Source of the DNA: Eledone cirrhosa
Lineage: Eukaryota
NCBI GenBank assembly: GCA_964016885.1
Contig: OZ024741.1
Location: 8,680,001 to 8,744,000 of the forward strand
Direction: 5' to 3'
DNA: 64,000 bases
In this document: piece after piece, positions 15,201 through 31,796 of the stretch
Numbering within the stretch: the stretch's first letter is position 1
How the letters are laid out: every line of letters begins with the position of its first letter
The notes under the pieces: model-generated
What the model was told of the DNA's origin: nothing
The model's database searches: none
Seen by the model: only the letters and a program-made list of their open reading frames with translations
Translations under genes and position numbers: made by a program

Positions 15201-18200
15201 TCAGAAACTCCTGTCTCACCCCCTCCACATGTTATTGTATATCTGGCACCACCTACACCAAGGCAACTTTGGTACACATTACTGTCAGAAACTCCTGTGT
15301 CACCCCCTCCACATGTTATTGTGTATCTGGCACCACCTACACCAAGGCAACTTTGGTACACATTACTGTCAGAAACTCCTGTCTCACCCCCTCCACATGT
15401 TATTGTGTATCTGGCACCACCTACACCAAGGCAATTTGGTGGTAGACATTACTCTCAGAAACTCCTGTCTCAGCCCCTCCACATGTTATTGTGTATCTGG
15501 CACCGCCTACACCAAGACAACTTTGGTACACATTACTGTCAGAAACTCCTGTCTCACCTCCTCCACATGTTATTGTGTATCTGGCACCGCCTACACCAAG
15601 GCAACTTTGGTACACATTACTGTCAGAACCTCCTGTCTCACCTCCTCCACATGTTATTGTGTATCTGGCACCACCTAGACCAAGGCAACTTTGGTACACA
15701 TTACCGACAGAAACTCCTGTCTCACCTCCTCCACATGTTATTGTATATCTGGTACCACCTACACCAAGGTAACTTTGGTACACATTACTGTCAGAAATTC
15801 CTGTCTCACCCCCTCCACATGTTATTGTATATCTGGCACCACCTACACCAAGGCAACTTTGGTACACATTACTGTCAGCAACTCCTGTCTCACCCCCTCC
15901 ACATGTTATTGTGTATCTGGCACCACCTACACCAAGGCTACTTTGGTACCCATTACTGTCAGAAACTCCTGCCTCACCCCCTCCACATGTTATTGTGTAT
16001 CTGGCATCACCTACACCAAGGTAACTTTGGTAGACATTACTGTCAGCAACTCCTGTCTCACCCCCTCCACATGTTATTGGACATCTGGCATCACCTATAC
16101 CAAGGTAACTTTGGTACACATTACTGTGAGAAACTCCTGTCTCACCCCCTCCACATGTTATTGTACATCTGGCACCACCTACACCAAGGTAACTTTGGTA
16201 TTAATTACCGACAGAAACTCCTGTCTCACCCCCTCCACATGTTATTGTGTGTCTGGCACCACCTACACCATGGCTACTTTGGTACACATTACTGTCAGAA
16301 CCTCCTGTCTCACCTCTTCCACATGTTATTGTGTATCTGGCACCACCTATACCATGGCTACTTTGGTACACATTACTGTCAGCAACTCCTGTCTCACCCC
16401 CTCCACATGTTATTGTGTATCTGGCACCACCTACACCAAGGCAATTTGGTGGTAGACATTACTCTCAGAAACTCCTGTCTCAGCCCCTCCACATGTTATT
16501 GTGTATCTGGCACCGCCTACACCAAGACAACTTTGGTACACATTACTGTCAGAAACTCCTGTCTCACCTCCTCCACATGTTATTGTGTATCTGGCACCGC
16601 CTGCACCAAGGCAACTTTGGTACACATTACTGTCAGAACCTCCTGTCTCACCTCCTCCACATGTTATTGTGTATCTGGCACCACCTACACCAAGGCAACT
16701 TTGGTACACATTACCGACAGAAACTCCTGTCTCACCTCCTCCACATGTTATTGTATATCTGGTACCACCTACACCAAGGTAACTTTGGTACACATTACTG
16801 TCAGAAATTCCTGTCTCACCCCCTCCACATGTTATTGTGTATCTGGCACCACCTACACCAAGGTAACTTTGGTACACATTACTGTCAGAAATTCCTGTCT
16901 CACCCCCTCCACATGTTATTGTGTATCTGGCACCACCTACACCAAGGCAACTTTGGTACACATTACCGACAGAAACTCCTGTCTCACCTCCTCCACATGT
17001 TATTGTACATCTGGTACCACCTACACCAAGGTAACTTTGGTACACATTACTGTCAGAAATTCCTGTCTCACCCCCTCCACATGTTATTGTACATCTGGCA
17101 CCACCTACACCAAGGTAACTTTGGTACACATTACTGTCAGAACCTCCTGTTTCACCTCCTCCACATATTATTGTGTATCTGGCACCAGCTATACCAAGGC
17201 AACTTTGGTACACATTTCTGTCAGCAACTCCTGTCTCACCCCCTCCACATGTTATTGTGTATCTGGCACCACCTACACCAAGGCAACTTTAGTGGTAGAC
17301 ATTACTCTCAGAAACTCCTGTCTCAGCTCCTCCACATGTTATTGTGTATCTGGCACCGCCTACACCAAGGCAACTTTGGTAGACATTACTGTCAGAAACT
17401 CCTATCTCACCTCCTCCACATGTTATTGTGTATCTGGCACCGCCTACACCAAGACAACTTTGGTACACTTTACTGACAGAAACTCCTGTCTCACCTCCTT
17501 CACATGTTATTGTGTATCTGGCACCGCCTACACCAAGACAACTTTGGTACACTTTACTGACAGAAACTCCTGTCTCACCTCCTCCACATGTTATTGTGTA
17601 TCTGGCACCGCCTACACCAAGACAACTTTGGTACACATTACTGTCAGAAACTCCTGTGTCACCTCCTTCACATGTTATTGTGTATCTGGCACCGCCTACA
17701 CCAAGGCAACTTTGGTACACATTACTGTCAGAAACTCCTGTCTCACCCCCCTCCACATGTTATTGTGTATCTGGCACCACCTACACCAAGGCAACTTTGG
17801 TACACATTACTGTCAGAAACTCCTGTCTCACCCCCTCCACATGTTATTGTGTATCTGGCACCACCTACACCAAGGCAACTTTGGTACACATTACTGTCAG
17901 AAACTCCTGTGTCACCCCCTCCACATGTTATTGTGTATCTGGCACCACCTACACCAAGGCAACTTTGGTACACATTACTGTCAGAAACTCCTGTCTCACC
18001 CCCTCCACATGTTATTGTGTATCTGGCACCACCTACACCAAGGCAACTTTGGTACACATTACCGACAGAAACTCCTGTCTCACACCCTCCACATGTTATT
18101 GTGTATCTGGCACCACCTACACCAAGGCAACTTTGGTAGACATTACCGACAGAAACTCCTGTCTCACACCCTCCACATGTTATTGTGTATCTGGCACCAC

Positions 18201-21200
18201 CTACACCAAGGCAACTTTGGTACACATTACTGTCAGAAACTCCTGTCTCACCCCCTCCACATGTTATTGTGTATCTGGCACCACCTACACCAAGGCAACT
18301 TTGGTACACATTACCGACAGAAACTCCTGTCTCACCCCCTCCACATGTTATTGTGTATCTGGCACCACCTACACCAAGGCAACTTTGGTACACATTACCG
18401 ACAGAAACTCCTGTCTCACACCCTCCACATGTTATTGTGTATCTGGCACCACCTACACCAAGGCAACTTTGGTACACATTACTGTCAGAAACTCCTGTCT
18501 CACCCCCTCCACATGTTATTGTGTATCTGGCACCACCTACACCAAGGCAATTTGGTGGTAGACATTACTCTCAGAAACTCCTGTCTCAGCCCCTCCACAT
18601 GTTATTGTGTATCTGGCACCGCCTACACCAAGACAACTTTGGTACACATTACTGTCAGAAACTCCTGTCTCACCTCCTCCACATGTTATTGTGTATCTGG
18701 CACCGCCTACACCAAGGCAACTTTGGTACACATTACTGTCAGAACCTCCTGTCTCACCTCCTCCACATGTTATTGTGTATCTGGCACCACCTAGACCAAG
18801 GCAACTTTGGTACACATTACCGACAGAAACTCCTGTCTCACCTCCTCCACATGTTATTGTATATCTGGTACCACCTACACCAAGGTAACTTTGGTACACA
18901 TTACTGTCAGAAATTCCTGTCTCACCCCCTCCACATGTTATTGTATATCTGGCACCACCTACACCAAGGCAACTTTGGTACACATTACTGTCAGCAACTC
19001 CTGTCTCACCCCCTCCACATGTTATTGTGTATCTGGCACCACCTACACCAAGGCTACTTTGGCACACATTACTGTCAGAACCTCCTGTCTCACCCCCTCC
19101 ACATGTTATTGTACATCTGGCACCACCTACACCAAGGCTACTTTGGTACCCATTACTGTCAGAAACTCCTGCCTCACCCCCTCCACATGTTATTGTGTAT
19201 CTGGCATCACCTACACCAAGGTAACTTTGGTAGACATTACTGTCAGCAACTCCTGTCTCACCCCCTCCACATGTTATTGGACATCTGGCACCACCTATAC
19301 CAAGGTAACTTTGGTACACATTACTGTCAGAAACTCCCGTCTCACCCCCTCCACATGTTATTGTACATCTGGAACCACCTATACCAAGGTAACTTTGGTA
19401 CACATTACTGTGAGAAACTCCTGTCTCACCCCCTCCACATGTTATTGTACATCTGGCACCACCTACACCAAGGTAACTTTGGTATTAATTACCGACAGAA
19501 ACTCCTGTCTCACCCCCTCCACATGTTATTGTGTGTCTGGCACCACCTACACCATGGCTACTTTGGTACACATTACTGTCAGAACCTCCTGTCTCACCTC
19601 TTCCACATGTTATTGTGTATCTGGCACCACCTATACCATGGCTACTTTGGTACACATTACTGTCAGCAACTCCTGTCTCACCCCCTCCACATGTTATTGT
19701 GTATCTGGCACCACCTACACCAAGGCAATTTGGTGGTAGACATTACTCTCAGAAACTCCTGTCTCAGCCCCTCCACATGTTATTGTGTATCTGGCACCGC
19801 CTACACCAAGACAACTTTGGTACACATTACTGTCAGAAACTCCTGTCTCACCTCCTCCACATGTTATTGTGTATCTGGCACCGCCTGCACCAAGGCAACT
19901 TTGGTACACATTACTGTCAGAACCTCCTGTCTCACCTCCTCCACATGTTATTGTGTATCTGGCACCACCTACACCAAGGCAACTTTGGTACACATTACCG
20001 ACAGAAACTCCTGTCTCACCTCCTCCACATGTTATTGTATATCTGGTACCACCTACACCAAGGTAACTTTGGTACACATTACTGTCAGAAATTCCTGTCT
20101 CACCCCCTCCACATGTTATTGTGTATCTGGCACCACCTACACCAAGGTAACTTTGGTACACATTACTGTCAGAAATTCCTGTCTCACCCCTCCACATTTT
20201 ATTGTGTATCTGGTACCACCTACACCAAGGTAACTTTGGTACACATTACTGTCAGAACCTCCTGTTTCACCTCCTCCACATATTATTGTGTATCTGGCAC
20301 CAGCTATACCAAGGCAACTTTGGTACACATTTCTGTCAGCAACTCCTGTCTCACCCCCTCCACATGTTATTGTGTATCTGGCACCACCTACACCAAGGCA
20401 ACTTTAGTGGTAGACATTACTCTCAGAAACTCCTGTCTCAGCTCCTCCACATGTTATTGTGTATCTGGCACCGCCTACACCAAGGCAACTTTGGTAGACA
20501 TTACTGTCAGAAACTCCTATCTCACCTCCTCCACATGTTATTGTGTATCTGGCACCGCCTACACCAAGACAACTTTGGTACACTTTACTGACAGAAACTC
20601 CTGTCTCACCTCCTTCACATGTTATTGTGTATCTGGCACCGCCTACACCAAGACAACTTTGGTACACTTTACTGACAGAAACTCCTGTCTCACCTCCTCC
20701 ACATGTTATTGTGTATCTGGCACCGCCTACACCAAGACAACTTTGGTACACATTACTGTCAGAAACTCCTGTGTCACCTCCTTCACATGTTATTGTGTAT
20801 CTGGCACCGCCTACACCAAGACAACTTTGGTACACATTACTGTCAGAAACTCCTGTCTCACCCCCTCCACATGTTATTGTGTATCTGGCACCACCTACAC
20901 CAAGGCAACTTTGGTAGACATTACTGTCAGCAACTCCTGCCTCACCCCTCCACATGTTATTGTGTATCAGGCACCACCTACACCAAGACAACTTTGGTAC
21001 ACATTACTGTCAGAAACTCCTGTCTCACCCCCTCCACATGTTATTGTATATCTGGCACCACCTACACCAAGGCTACTTTGGTACACATTACAGTCAGAAA
21101 CTCCTGTCTCACCTCCTCCACATGTTATTGTGTATCAGGCACCACCTACACCAAGACAACTTTGGTACACATTACTGTCAGAAACTCCTGTCTCACCCCC

Positions 21201-24200
21201 TCCACATGTTATTGTGTATCTGGCACCACCTACACCAAGGCAACTTTGGTACACATTACTGTCAGAAACTCCTGTGTCACCCCCTCCACATGTTATTGTG
21301 TATCTGGCACCACCTACACCAAGGCAACTTTGGTACACATTACTGTCAGAAACTCCTGTCTCACCCCCTCCACATGTTATTGTGTATCTGGCATCACCTA
21401 CACCAAGGCAACTTTGGTACACATTACTGTCAGAAACTCCTGTCTCACCCCCTCCACATGTTATTGTGTATCTGGCACCACCTACACCAAGGCAACTTTG
21501 GTACACATTACTGTCAGAAACTCCTGTCTCACCCCCTCCACATGTTATTGTGTATCTGGCACCACCTACACCAAGGCAACTTTGGTACACATTACTGTCA
21601 GAAACTCCTGTGTCACCCCCTCCACATGTTATTGTGTATCTGGCACCACCTACACCAAGGCAACTTTGGTACACATTACTGTCAGAAACTCCTGTGTCAC
21701 CCCCTCCACATGTTATTGTGTATCTGGCACCACCTACACCAAGGCAACTTTGGTACACATTACTGTCAGAAACTCCTGTCTCACCCCCTCCACATGTTAT
21801 TGTGTATCTGGCACCACCTACACCAAGGCAACTTTGGTACACATTACTGTCAGAAACTCCTGTCTCACCCCCTCCACATGTTATTGTGTATCTGGCATCA
21901 CCTACACCAAGGCAACTTTGGTACACATTACTGTCAGAAACTCCTGTCTCACCCCCTCCACATGTTATTGTGTATCTGGCACCACCTACACCAAGGCAAC
22001 TTTGGTACACATTACTGTCAGAAACTCCTGTGTCACCCCCTCCACATGTTATTGTGTATCTGGCACCACCTACACCAAGGCAACTTTGGTACACATTACT
22101 GTCAGAAACTCCTGTGTCACCCCCTCCACATGTTATTGTGTATCTGGCACCACCTACACCAAGGCAACTTTGGTACACATTACCGACAGAAACTCCTGTC
22201 TCACACCCTCCACATGTTATTGTGTATCTGGCACCACCTACACCAAGGCAACTTTGGTAGACATTACTGTCAGCAACTCCTGCCTCACCCCTCCACATGT
22301 TATTGTGTATCTGACCCCACTTACACCAAGGCAACTTTGGTACACATTACTGTCAGAAACTCCTGTCTCACCCCCTCCACATGTTATTGTATATCTGGCA
22401 CCACCTACACCAAGGCTACTTTGGTACACATTACAGTCAGAAACTCCTGTCTCACCTCCTCCACATGTTATTGTGTATCAGGCACCACCTACACCAAGAC
22501 AACTTTGGTACACATTACTGTCAGAAACTCCTGTCTCACCCCCTCCACATGTTATTGTGTATCTGGCACCACCTACACCAAGACAACTTTGGTACACATT
22601 ACTGTCAGAAACTCCTGTCTCACCCCCTCCACATGTTATTGTGTATCAGGCACCACCTACACCAAGACAACTTTGGTACACATTACCGTCAGAAACTCCT
22701 GTCTCACCCCCTCCACATGTTATTGTGTATCTGGCACCACCTACACCAAGACAACTTTGGTACACATTACTGTCAGAAACTCCTGTCTCACCTCCTCCAC
22801 ATGTTATTGTGTATCAGGCACCACCTACACCAAGACAACTTTGGTACACATTACTGTCAGAAACTCCTGTCTCACCCCCTCCACATGTTATTGTACATCT
22901 GGCACCACCTACACCAAGACAACTTTGGTACACATTACTGTCAGAAACTCCTCTCTCAGCCCCTCCACATGTTATTGTGTATCTGGCACCACCTACACCA
23001 AGGCAACTTTGGTACACATTACCGACAGAAACTCCTGTCTCACCCCCTCCACATGTTATTGTACATCTGACACCACCTACACCAAGGTAACTTTGGTACA
23101 CATTACTGACAGAAACTCCTGTCTCACCCCCTCCACATGTTATTGTATATCTGGCACCACCTATACCAAGGTAACTTTGGTACACATTACCGTCAGAAAC
23201 TCCTGCCTCACCCCCTCCACATGTTATTGTGTATCTGGCACCTCCTACACCAAGGTAACTTTGGTACACATTACTGTCAGAAACTCCTGTCTCACCCCCT
23301 CCACATGTTATTGTATATCTGGCACCACCTACACCAAGGCAACTTTGGTACACATTACAGTCAGAAACTCCTGTCTCACCCCCTCCACATGTTATTGTAT
23401 ATCAGGCACCACCTACACCAAGGTAACTTTGGTACACATTACTGTCAGAGACTCATGTCTCACCCCCTCCACATGTTATTGTATATCAGGCACCACCTAC
23501 ACCAAGGCAGCTTTGGTATACATTACTGTCAGAAACTCCTGTCTCACCTCCTCCACATGTTATTGTGTATCTGGCACCACCTACACCAAGGCAACTTTGG
23601 TACACATTACTGTCAGAGACTCGTGTCTCACCCCCTCCACATTTTATTGTGTATCCGGCACCACCTACACCAAGGTAACTTTGGTACACATTACTGTCAG
23701 CAACTCCTGCCTCACCTCCTACACATGTTATTGTGTATCTGGCACCACCTACACCAAGGCTACTTTGGTACACATTACTGTCAGAAACTCCTGTCTCACC
23801 CTCTCCACATGTTATTGTGTATCTCGCCCCACTTACACCAAGGCAACTTTGGTACACATTACTGTCAGAAACTCCTGTCTCACCCCCTCCACATGTTAGT
23901 GTGTATCTGGCACCACCTACACCAAGGCAACTTTGGTACACATTACTGTCACAAACTCCTGTCTCACCCCCTCCACATGTTAGTGTGTATCTGGCCCCAC
24001 CTACACCAAGGTAACTTTGGTACACATTACTGTCAGAAACTCTTGTCTCACCCCCTCCAAATGTTATTGTGTATCTGGCACCACCTACACCAAGGCAACT
24101 TTGGTACACATTACTGTCACAAACTCCTGTCTCACCCCCTCCACATGTTATTGTGTATCTGGCCCCACTTACACCAAGGCAACTTTGGTACACATTACTG

Positions 24201-27050
24201 TCACAAACTCCTGTCTCACCCCTCCACATGTTATTGTGTATCTGGTACCACCTACACCAAGGTAACTTTGGTACACATTACTTTCAGAAATTCCTGTCTC
24301 ACCCCCTCCACATGTTATTGTACATCTGGCACCACCTACACCAAGGCAACTTTGGTACACATTACTGTCAGAAACTCCTGTCTCACCCCCTCCACATGAT
24401 ATTGTGTCTCTGGCACCACCTACACCAAGGCAACTTTGGTGGTAGACATTACTCTCAGAAACCCCTGTCTCAGCCCCTCCAAATGTTATTGTGTATCTGG
24501 CACCGCCTACACTAAGACAACTTTGGTACACATTACTGTCAGAAACTCCTGTCTCACCTCCTCCACATGTTATTGTGTATCTGGCACCGACTACACCAAG
24601 GCAACTCTGGTACACATTACTGTCAGAAACTCCTGTCTCAACCCCTCCACATGTTATTGTGTATCTGGCACCACCTACACCAAGACTACTTTGGTACACA
24701 TTACTGTCAGAAACTCCTGTCTCACCTCCTCCACCACCACACATGTTACTGTGTATATCTGGCACCGCCTACACCAAGACAACTTTGGTACACATTACTG
24801 TCAGAAACTCCTGTCTCACCTCCTCCACATGTTATTGTGTATCTGGCACCGACTACACCAAGGCAACTCTGGTACACATTACCGTCAGAAACTCCTGTCT
24901 CAACCCCTCCACATGTTATTGTGTATCTGGCACCACCTACACCAAGACTACTTTGGTACACATTACTGTCAGAAACTCCTGTCTCACCTCCTCCACCACC
25001 ACACATGTTACTGTGTATATCTGGCACCGCCTACACCAAGACAACTTTGGTACACATTACTGTCAGCAACTCCTGTCTCACCCCCTTCACATGTTATTGT
25101 GTATCAGGCACCACCTACACCAAGACAACTTTGGTACACATTACTGTCAGAAACTCCTGTCTCACCTCCTCCACATGTTACTGTGTATCTGGCACCACCT
25201 ACACTAAGACAACTTTGGTACACATTACTGTCAGAAACTGCTGTCTCAGCCCCTCCACATGTTATTGTGTATCTGGCACCACCTACACCAAGACAACTTT
25301 GGTACACATTACTGTCAGAAACTCCTCTCTCAGCCCCTCCACATGTTATTGTGTATCTGGCACCACCTACACCAAGGCAACTTTGGTACACATTACTGTC
25401 AGAAACTCCTGTCTCACCCTCTCCACATGTTATTGTACATCTGGCACCACCTACACCAAGGTAACTTTGGTACACATTACCGACAGAAACTCCTGTCTCA
25501 CCCCCTCCACATGTTATTTTATATCTGGCACCACCTACACCAAGGCAACTTTGGTACACATTACTGTCAGAAACTCCTGTCTCACCCCCTCCACATGTTA
25601 TTGTACATCTGGCACCACCTATACCAAGGTAACTTTGGTACACATTACTGTCAGAAACTCCTGTCTCACCCCCTCCACATGTTATTGTACATCTGGCACC
25701 ACCTACACCAAGGTAACTTTGGTACACATTACAGTCAGAAACTCCTGTCTCACCCCCTCCACATGTTATTGTACATCTGGCACCACCTACACCAAGGTAA
25801 CTTTGGTACACATTACAGTCAGAAACTCCTGTCTCACCCCCTCCATATGTTATTGTACATCTGGCACCACCTACACCAAGGTAACTTTGGTACACATTAC
25901 TGTCAGAAACTCCTGTCTCACCTCCTCCACATGTTATTGTACATCTGGCACCACCTACACCAAGGTAACTTTGGTACACATTACTGTCAGAAACTCCTGT
26001 CTCACCCCCTCCACATGTTATTGTACATCTGGCACCACCTACACCAAGGTAACTTTGGTACACATTACAGTCAGAAACTCCTGTCTCACCCCCTCCATAT
26101 GTTATTGTACATCTGGCACCACCTACACCAAGGTAACTTTGGTACACATTACTGTCAGAAACTCCTGTCTCACCCCCTCCACATGTTATTGTACATCTGG
26201 CACCACCTACACCAAGGTAACTTTGGTACACATTACAGTCAGAAACTCCTGTCTCACCCCCTCCACATGTTATTGTATATCAGGCACCACCTACACCAAG
26301 GTAACTTTGCTACACATTACTGTCAGAGACTCATGTCTCACCCCCTCCACATGTTATTGTATATCAGGCCCCACCTACACCAAGGCAGCTTTGGTATACA
26401 TTACTGTCAGAAACTCCTGTCTCACCTCCTCCACATGTTATTGTGTATCTGGCACCACCCACACCAAGGCAACTTTGGTACACATTACTGTCAGAGACTC
26501 GTGTCTCACCCCCTCCACATTTTATTGTGTATCTGGCACCACCTACACCAAGGTAACTTTGGTACACATTACTGTCAGCAACTCCTGCCTCACCTCCTAC
26601 ACATGTTATTGTGTATCTGGCACCACCTACACCAAGGTAACTTTGGTACACATTACTGTCAGAAACTCCTGCCTCACCTCCTACACATGTTATTGTGTAT
26701 CTTGCACCACCTACACCAAGGTAACTTTGGTACACATTACCGTCAGAAACTCCTGCCTCACTTCCTCCACATGTTATTGTACATCTGACACCACCTACAC
26801 CAGGGTAACTTTGGTACACATTACTGTCAGAAACTCCTGTCTCACCTCCTCCACATGTTATTGTACATCTGACACCACCTACACCAGGGTAACTTTGGTA
26901 CACATAACTGTCAGAAACTCCTGTCTCACCTCCTCCACATGTTATTGTGTATCTGGCACCACCTACACCAAGGTAACTTTGGTACACATTACTGTCAGAA
27001 TCTCCTGCCTCACCTCCTCCACAAATATACATCTGGTACCACCAATACAC
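6263..27050. repeat. 84-bp satellite array (TGGTACACATTACTGTCAGAAACTCCTGTCTCACCCCCTCCACATGTTATTGTGTATCTGGCACCACCTACACCAAGGCAACTT), about 245 monomers
   Basis: Direct tandem repeats with an 84-bp period (28-aa periodicity), occasional 83-87 bp variants, and a degenerate last monomer near 27000-27050. Confidence 0.97.
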
Positions 27051-27162
27051 CAATATGTTTACACTTTGCAGTTTATCATCGCTGCTTTTATATCAAAGTG
27101 GGACATGACAATTTTTAAGATGTTGATGTGGGGTATGGTACATAAACGGTTGGGAACCACTG
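27050..27162. mobile_element. Probable end of a non-autonomous hAT (Charlie-type) element
   Basis: GGTTGGGAACCACTG at 27148-27162 is the reverse complement of CAGTGGTTCCCAACC, a Charlie-like TIR. It is followed by the 8-mer CCGTAGAC with a central TA, the shape expected for a TSD. I found no partner TIR in the window. Confidence 0.5.
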
Positions 27163-27196
27163 CCGTAGACAGTTAATTGTAGCTTCGTTAATTTAT

Positions 27197-27263
<67 letters not shown>

Positions 27264-27367
27264 TATGTAGAGGTTATATTTAATTTGTTGGGATACAACA
27301 AGCAAATATTTTAATAACTGATATAAAGCACTCAACAAATTATTGGAGTAAAAATACAATATATTAA

Positions 27368-28787
27368 TACAATATATTAATAAAGCACTGACATATGCAT
27401 TTAAACATACAGACTTATCTAGTAATGAAATGCACATTATCCTAATGGCACGGGAAACATTAATTAAATTTAACAACCACCTCTGGACTTGAGCAGATAC
27501 AGATAATAATCTCGATATCACTATGGGGTCATCTGATTCCGCCCAAATAACGGATCTTGTGGGGCTTTTTATAAATAATACTCTACATAGGAAAATACCG
27601 GAGATGACCGGAGGTTTATATCGCGACGATATGCTATTACTTATCGAAAATAATAACTGTGAATTAAATAGGCAAAGAAAAGAAATTATACAATTTTTTA
27701 ATTACCTTAATCTTAAAGTAGAAATAGAGAATAATTATAAAATAGTTAACTTTCTAGATGTAACCTTAAACCTTAACACATGTCTTTATTATCCATTTCA
27801 CAAATTAAACGAGAACTTAAACTACGTTAATTTTAACTCCAATCACCCCAGATCCGTTAAAAATACTATAGTAAAGTCTGTGCAGCAACGTATTTCTAGA
27901 ATTTCAGCTAATAAGAATATTTTTGATGATAAAGCACAGTATTACAACGAAGCATTAGGTAGAGCTGGATATAGTAATACAATTAAATACATTGATAATA
28001 ATAATATAACAACTAACCATAATTTTAACAACTATAATAGAAAACCTTACAATAATTCGAAAACAAAAAAAGAAATAGAACTAGGAATATATTATGGTTC
28101 GCTCCTCCTTTCTCATTAAATATTAAAACTCCTATTGCTAAACTAGTCTTTAAAGCTCTTGACAAATGCTTCCCTAGAACACATAGATATTACTCAATAT
28201 TTAATAGACATACTATAAAATTAACTTATTCAACCACCAGTAATTTAGCGCAGAATATTAATAGAATTAATAATAGAAACTTAAAACCTAACCAGAATAC
28301 CATTAACAACCCCAGCAATATCACATTTAATAATACGGCTCCTAGTAACTTGAATTTTGATAAATGTAACTGTAGAAATAAATCTAACTGTCCGTTAAAT
28401 AACAATTGTTTAGCTAAAAATATAGTATATAATTGTAATGTAAAAACTAATTTAAATTTATTTAATTATGTAGGTTCTACTTCCACAGACTTTAAATCTC
28501 GTTTTAATAACCATAAATGCCCTTTTATGAACATAAACAAAAAATTTTCAACTTCTCTATCTAACTTACTATGGGACCTAAAATCAAAGAACATTAACTA
28601 TTCTTTACTTTGGAATATTATCTCCAAAGCACCTCCATTCAATGCTTCTTCTGAAAATTGTGCTCTATGTATAGAGGAAATATTCTTTATATTAAAAAAC
28701 AAAAATTGTGTGAATTTAAGGAACAATCTTTTCAGTCACTGCAAACATAGATTAAATTCAACGTTTAAATATAAATTTAAAATGTAA
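27368..28787 (+). pseudogene. Penelope-like RT plus GIY-YIG endonuclease, disrupted
   Basis: Motifs DITMGSSDSAQITDLVG and GGLYRDD (RT), NFLDVTLNL, SNHP, WFAPPFS...FNRHTIKLTYS, Cys-rich linker CNCRNKSNCPLNNNC, and IVY...YVGST...FKSRFNNH (GIY-YIG). In-frame TGA near 27490 and a frameshift in the A-run near 28070. Confidence 0.92.
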
Positions 28788-29885
28788 TATATAACTCATC
28801 TTATTAAACCTATCGATAAATCATTAGATTCCTTCATACGACTGCCTCTCTTAAATGAAAAATTTTTTCCTTAAAAATTTTTCATTGAAAATTCTTCTAG
28901 ATAAACATACTGAAAGTGTAAAAAAAAAAAAAAAGGGATTTAAAAAAAAATTTTTTTTTTTAAATTAAGATAAAGATACTGAAAGTTTCTTAAAAAAAGT
29001 TTTTTTTGTTAATTCCTCTGATGGATATAAAAAATTATAATTCATATTTTAATACTGTGTTTTTTCTATATATTCTTATATATATTTTTTAAATTATATT
29101 GCTTAAAAATTATAATTCCTTTTAAAATTATATAATTATATTTTTTAAAATTGTAATTCCTTTTAAAATTATAATCCTTTTTAACATTATAACTCATATT
29201 TTATTTTATGTTATGTATTTTGTATTTATGTATATGTGTATATATGTATATATATGTATATGTATGTATATATGTGTGTATATATGTGTATGTCTATATA
29301 TATGTATACATGTATGTATGTCTGTGTATGTCTGTGTATGTATATGTCTATATATATCAAAATGTATAATTTGAATACATTCTATGAATGAACCCGTATA
29401 AAAGTTTTTTTACGGTTTATGCTTTAGATGTATTCTTATGAAAAACTTTAAACATTAAGACGTTATAGTAAACAAACTTATATTTTAACAGTCACAACTG
29501 TATAACAGGTGGATTTATAAAATTTATAAAATTATAACTTACTATAAAATAATATAAGATTTTTTTTATAATCTTAACTTTTTTATCATCTTAACCTTTA
29601 TAACATTTAATCATTAGAGCTATCTAAATTACAAATAAATCACTTTATTTCCTTCACGCTGTATTGCTATTACGAAGAAGAGATTATTCTTCGGTAAAAT
29701 CTCTGAATTTCCATGGGTTCAGAAGCATTCCTATATTTTAAACATAAAATTTTTAATTTTTATTATTTCTTCTTATTTTTTATTGATAATTAATTGAAAA
29801 ATTAATAATTAATTGTTGGTTGATGATTAATAATAAATTTATATACGGTTATGTAATAATAACATATATTTTAATAATATTTTTT

Positions 29886-29937
<52 letters not shown>

Positions 29938-30456
29938 ATATATATTCTTTTAATAATATATAGATCTCAATTTTTAATTTTTAATTTATAGATCTCAATA
30001 ATTTAACTGACATATTTAATTGATGAATTAAACATTTAATCAAATTTAAAAATTAGATAAAATTCTCCGGTTATTATTATGTATTTATTTATCCACGCTT
30101 TATTTACTCCGCGTAATTCATCCACTATATATTTATTTTTTCGCTTCATCATCTCATAAATCATGTTAATACAACACTCTCACACTTAGGGTTTTCTCTC
30201 TTTCTCTTTCTTTTGTTTTCCTTCTTTGGGTTTGCTCTTTCTTTTTCTTTTTCTTTTTCTTTTTCTTTTTCTTTTTCTTTTTTTCCCTATTCCAACGGCT
30301 TAATTTAAATGTACTGGGATTTAAACCTCTCCGACACTAATTTGCATAATAGACCAATAATAAAATTAGTAACCCCACTATCCTGGAGCTTCCAACCGAC
30401 ATGGTCGCATTCTTTAAGGGTATGTCAATATTTGTTTATAAAACTGATCTATATTA

Positions 30457-30521
30457 TATTTTATCTGATGAAATCGCACCATAATTGGCTTTGGTGTCCT
30501 TGAAATATGTATAATGAAATA
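30457..30521 (+). ncRNA. Hammerhead ribozyme (type I) in Penelope pLTR
   Basis: Stem I TATTTTAT/ATGAAATA, CTGATGA, stem II containing GCACCA...TGGTGT, GAAA, near-palindromic stem III, cleavage triplet AUA. The homologue at 42466-42531 is better paired. Confidence 0.75.
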
Positions 30522-30559
30522 AATATGGTTTTATAAATATAGTTTCCATTTGTTAATAT

Positions 30560-31590
<1,031 letters not shown>

Positions 31591-31609
31591 ATATATATAT
31601 ATACATATA

Positions 31610-31796
31610 AGGTGGTGGATTGGCAGTATCGGTAGAGAGTCGGACGCCATGCTTTCCAGCATAGTTACGTCCCTTTACGGTCTGAGTTCAAATCCCGCCG
31701 AGGTTAACTCTGCCTTTCATCCTTACGGGGTCGATAAAATAAAGTACCAGTATTGTAGTGGGATAATTGCTTGCCTTGTGCCAAACGTAGAAACAG

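Noticed and set aside
115-27176. Long ORFs (up to 1437 aa) with Cys/His-rich or MEVTKTST repeats
   Set aside because: Monomers of 33 and 84 bp are multiples of three and stop-poor, so several frames on both strands are open. Indels switch frames freely, so there is no sign of coding constraint.
29010-29040. CTGATGG as a possible hammerhead core
   Set aside because: The core is mismatched and no compatible stems were found.
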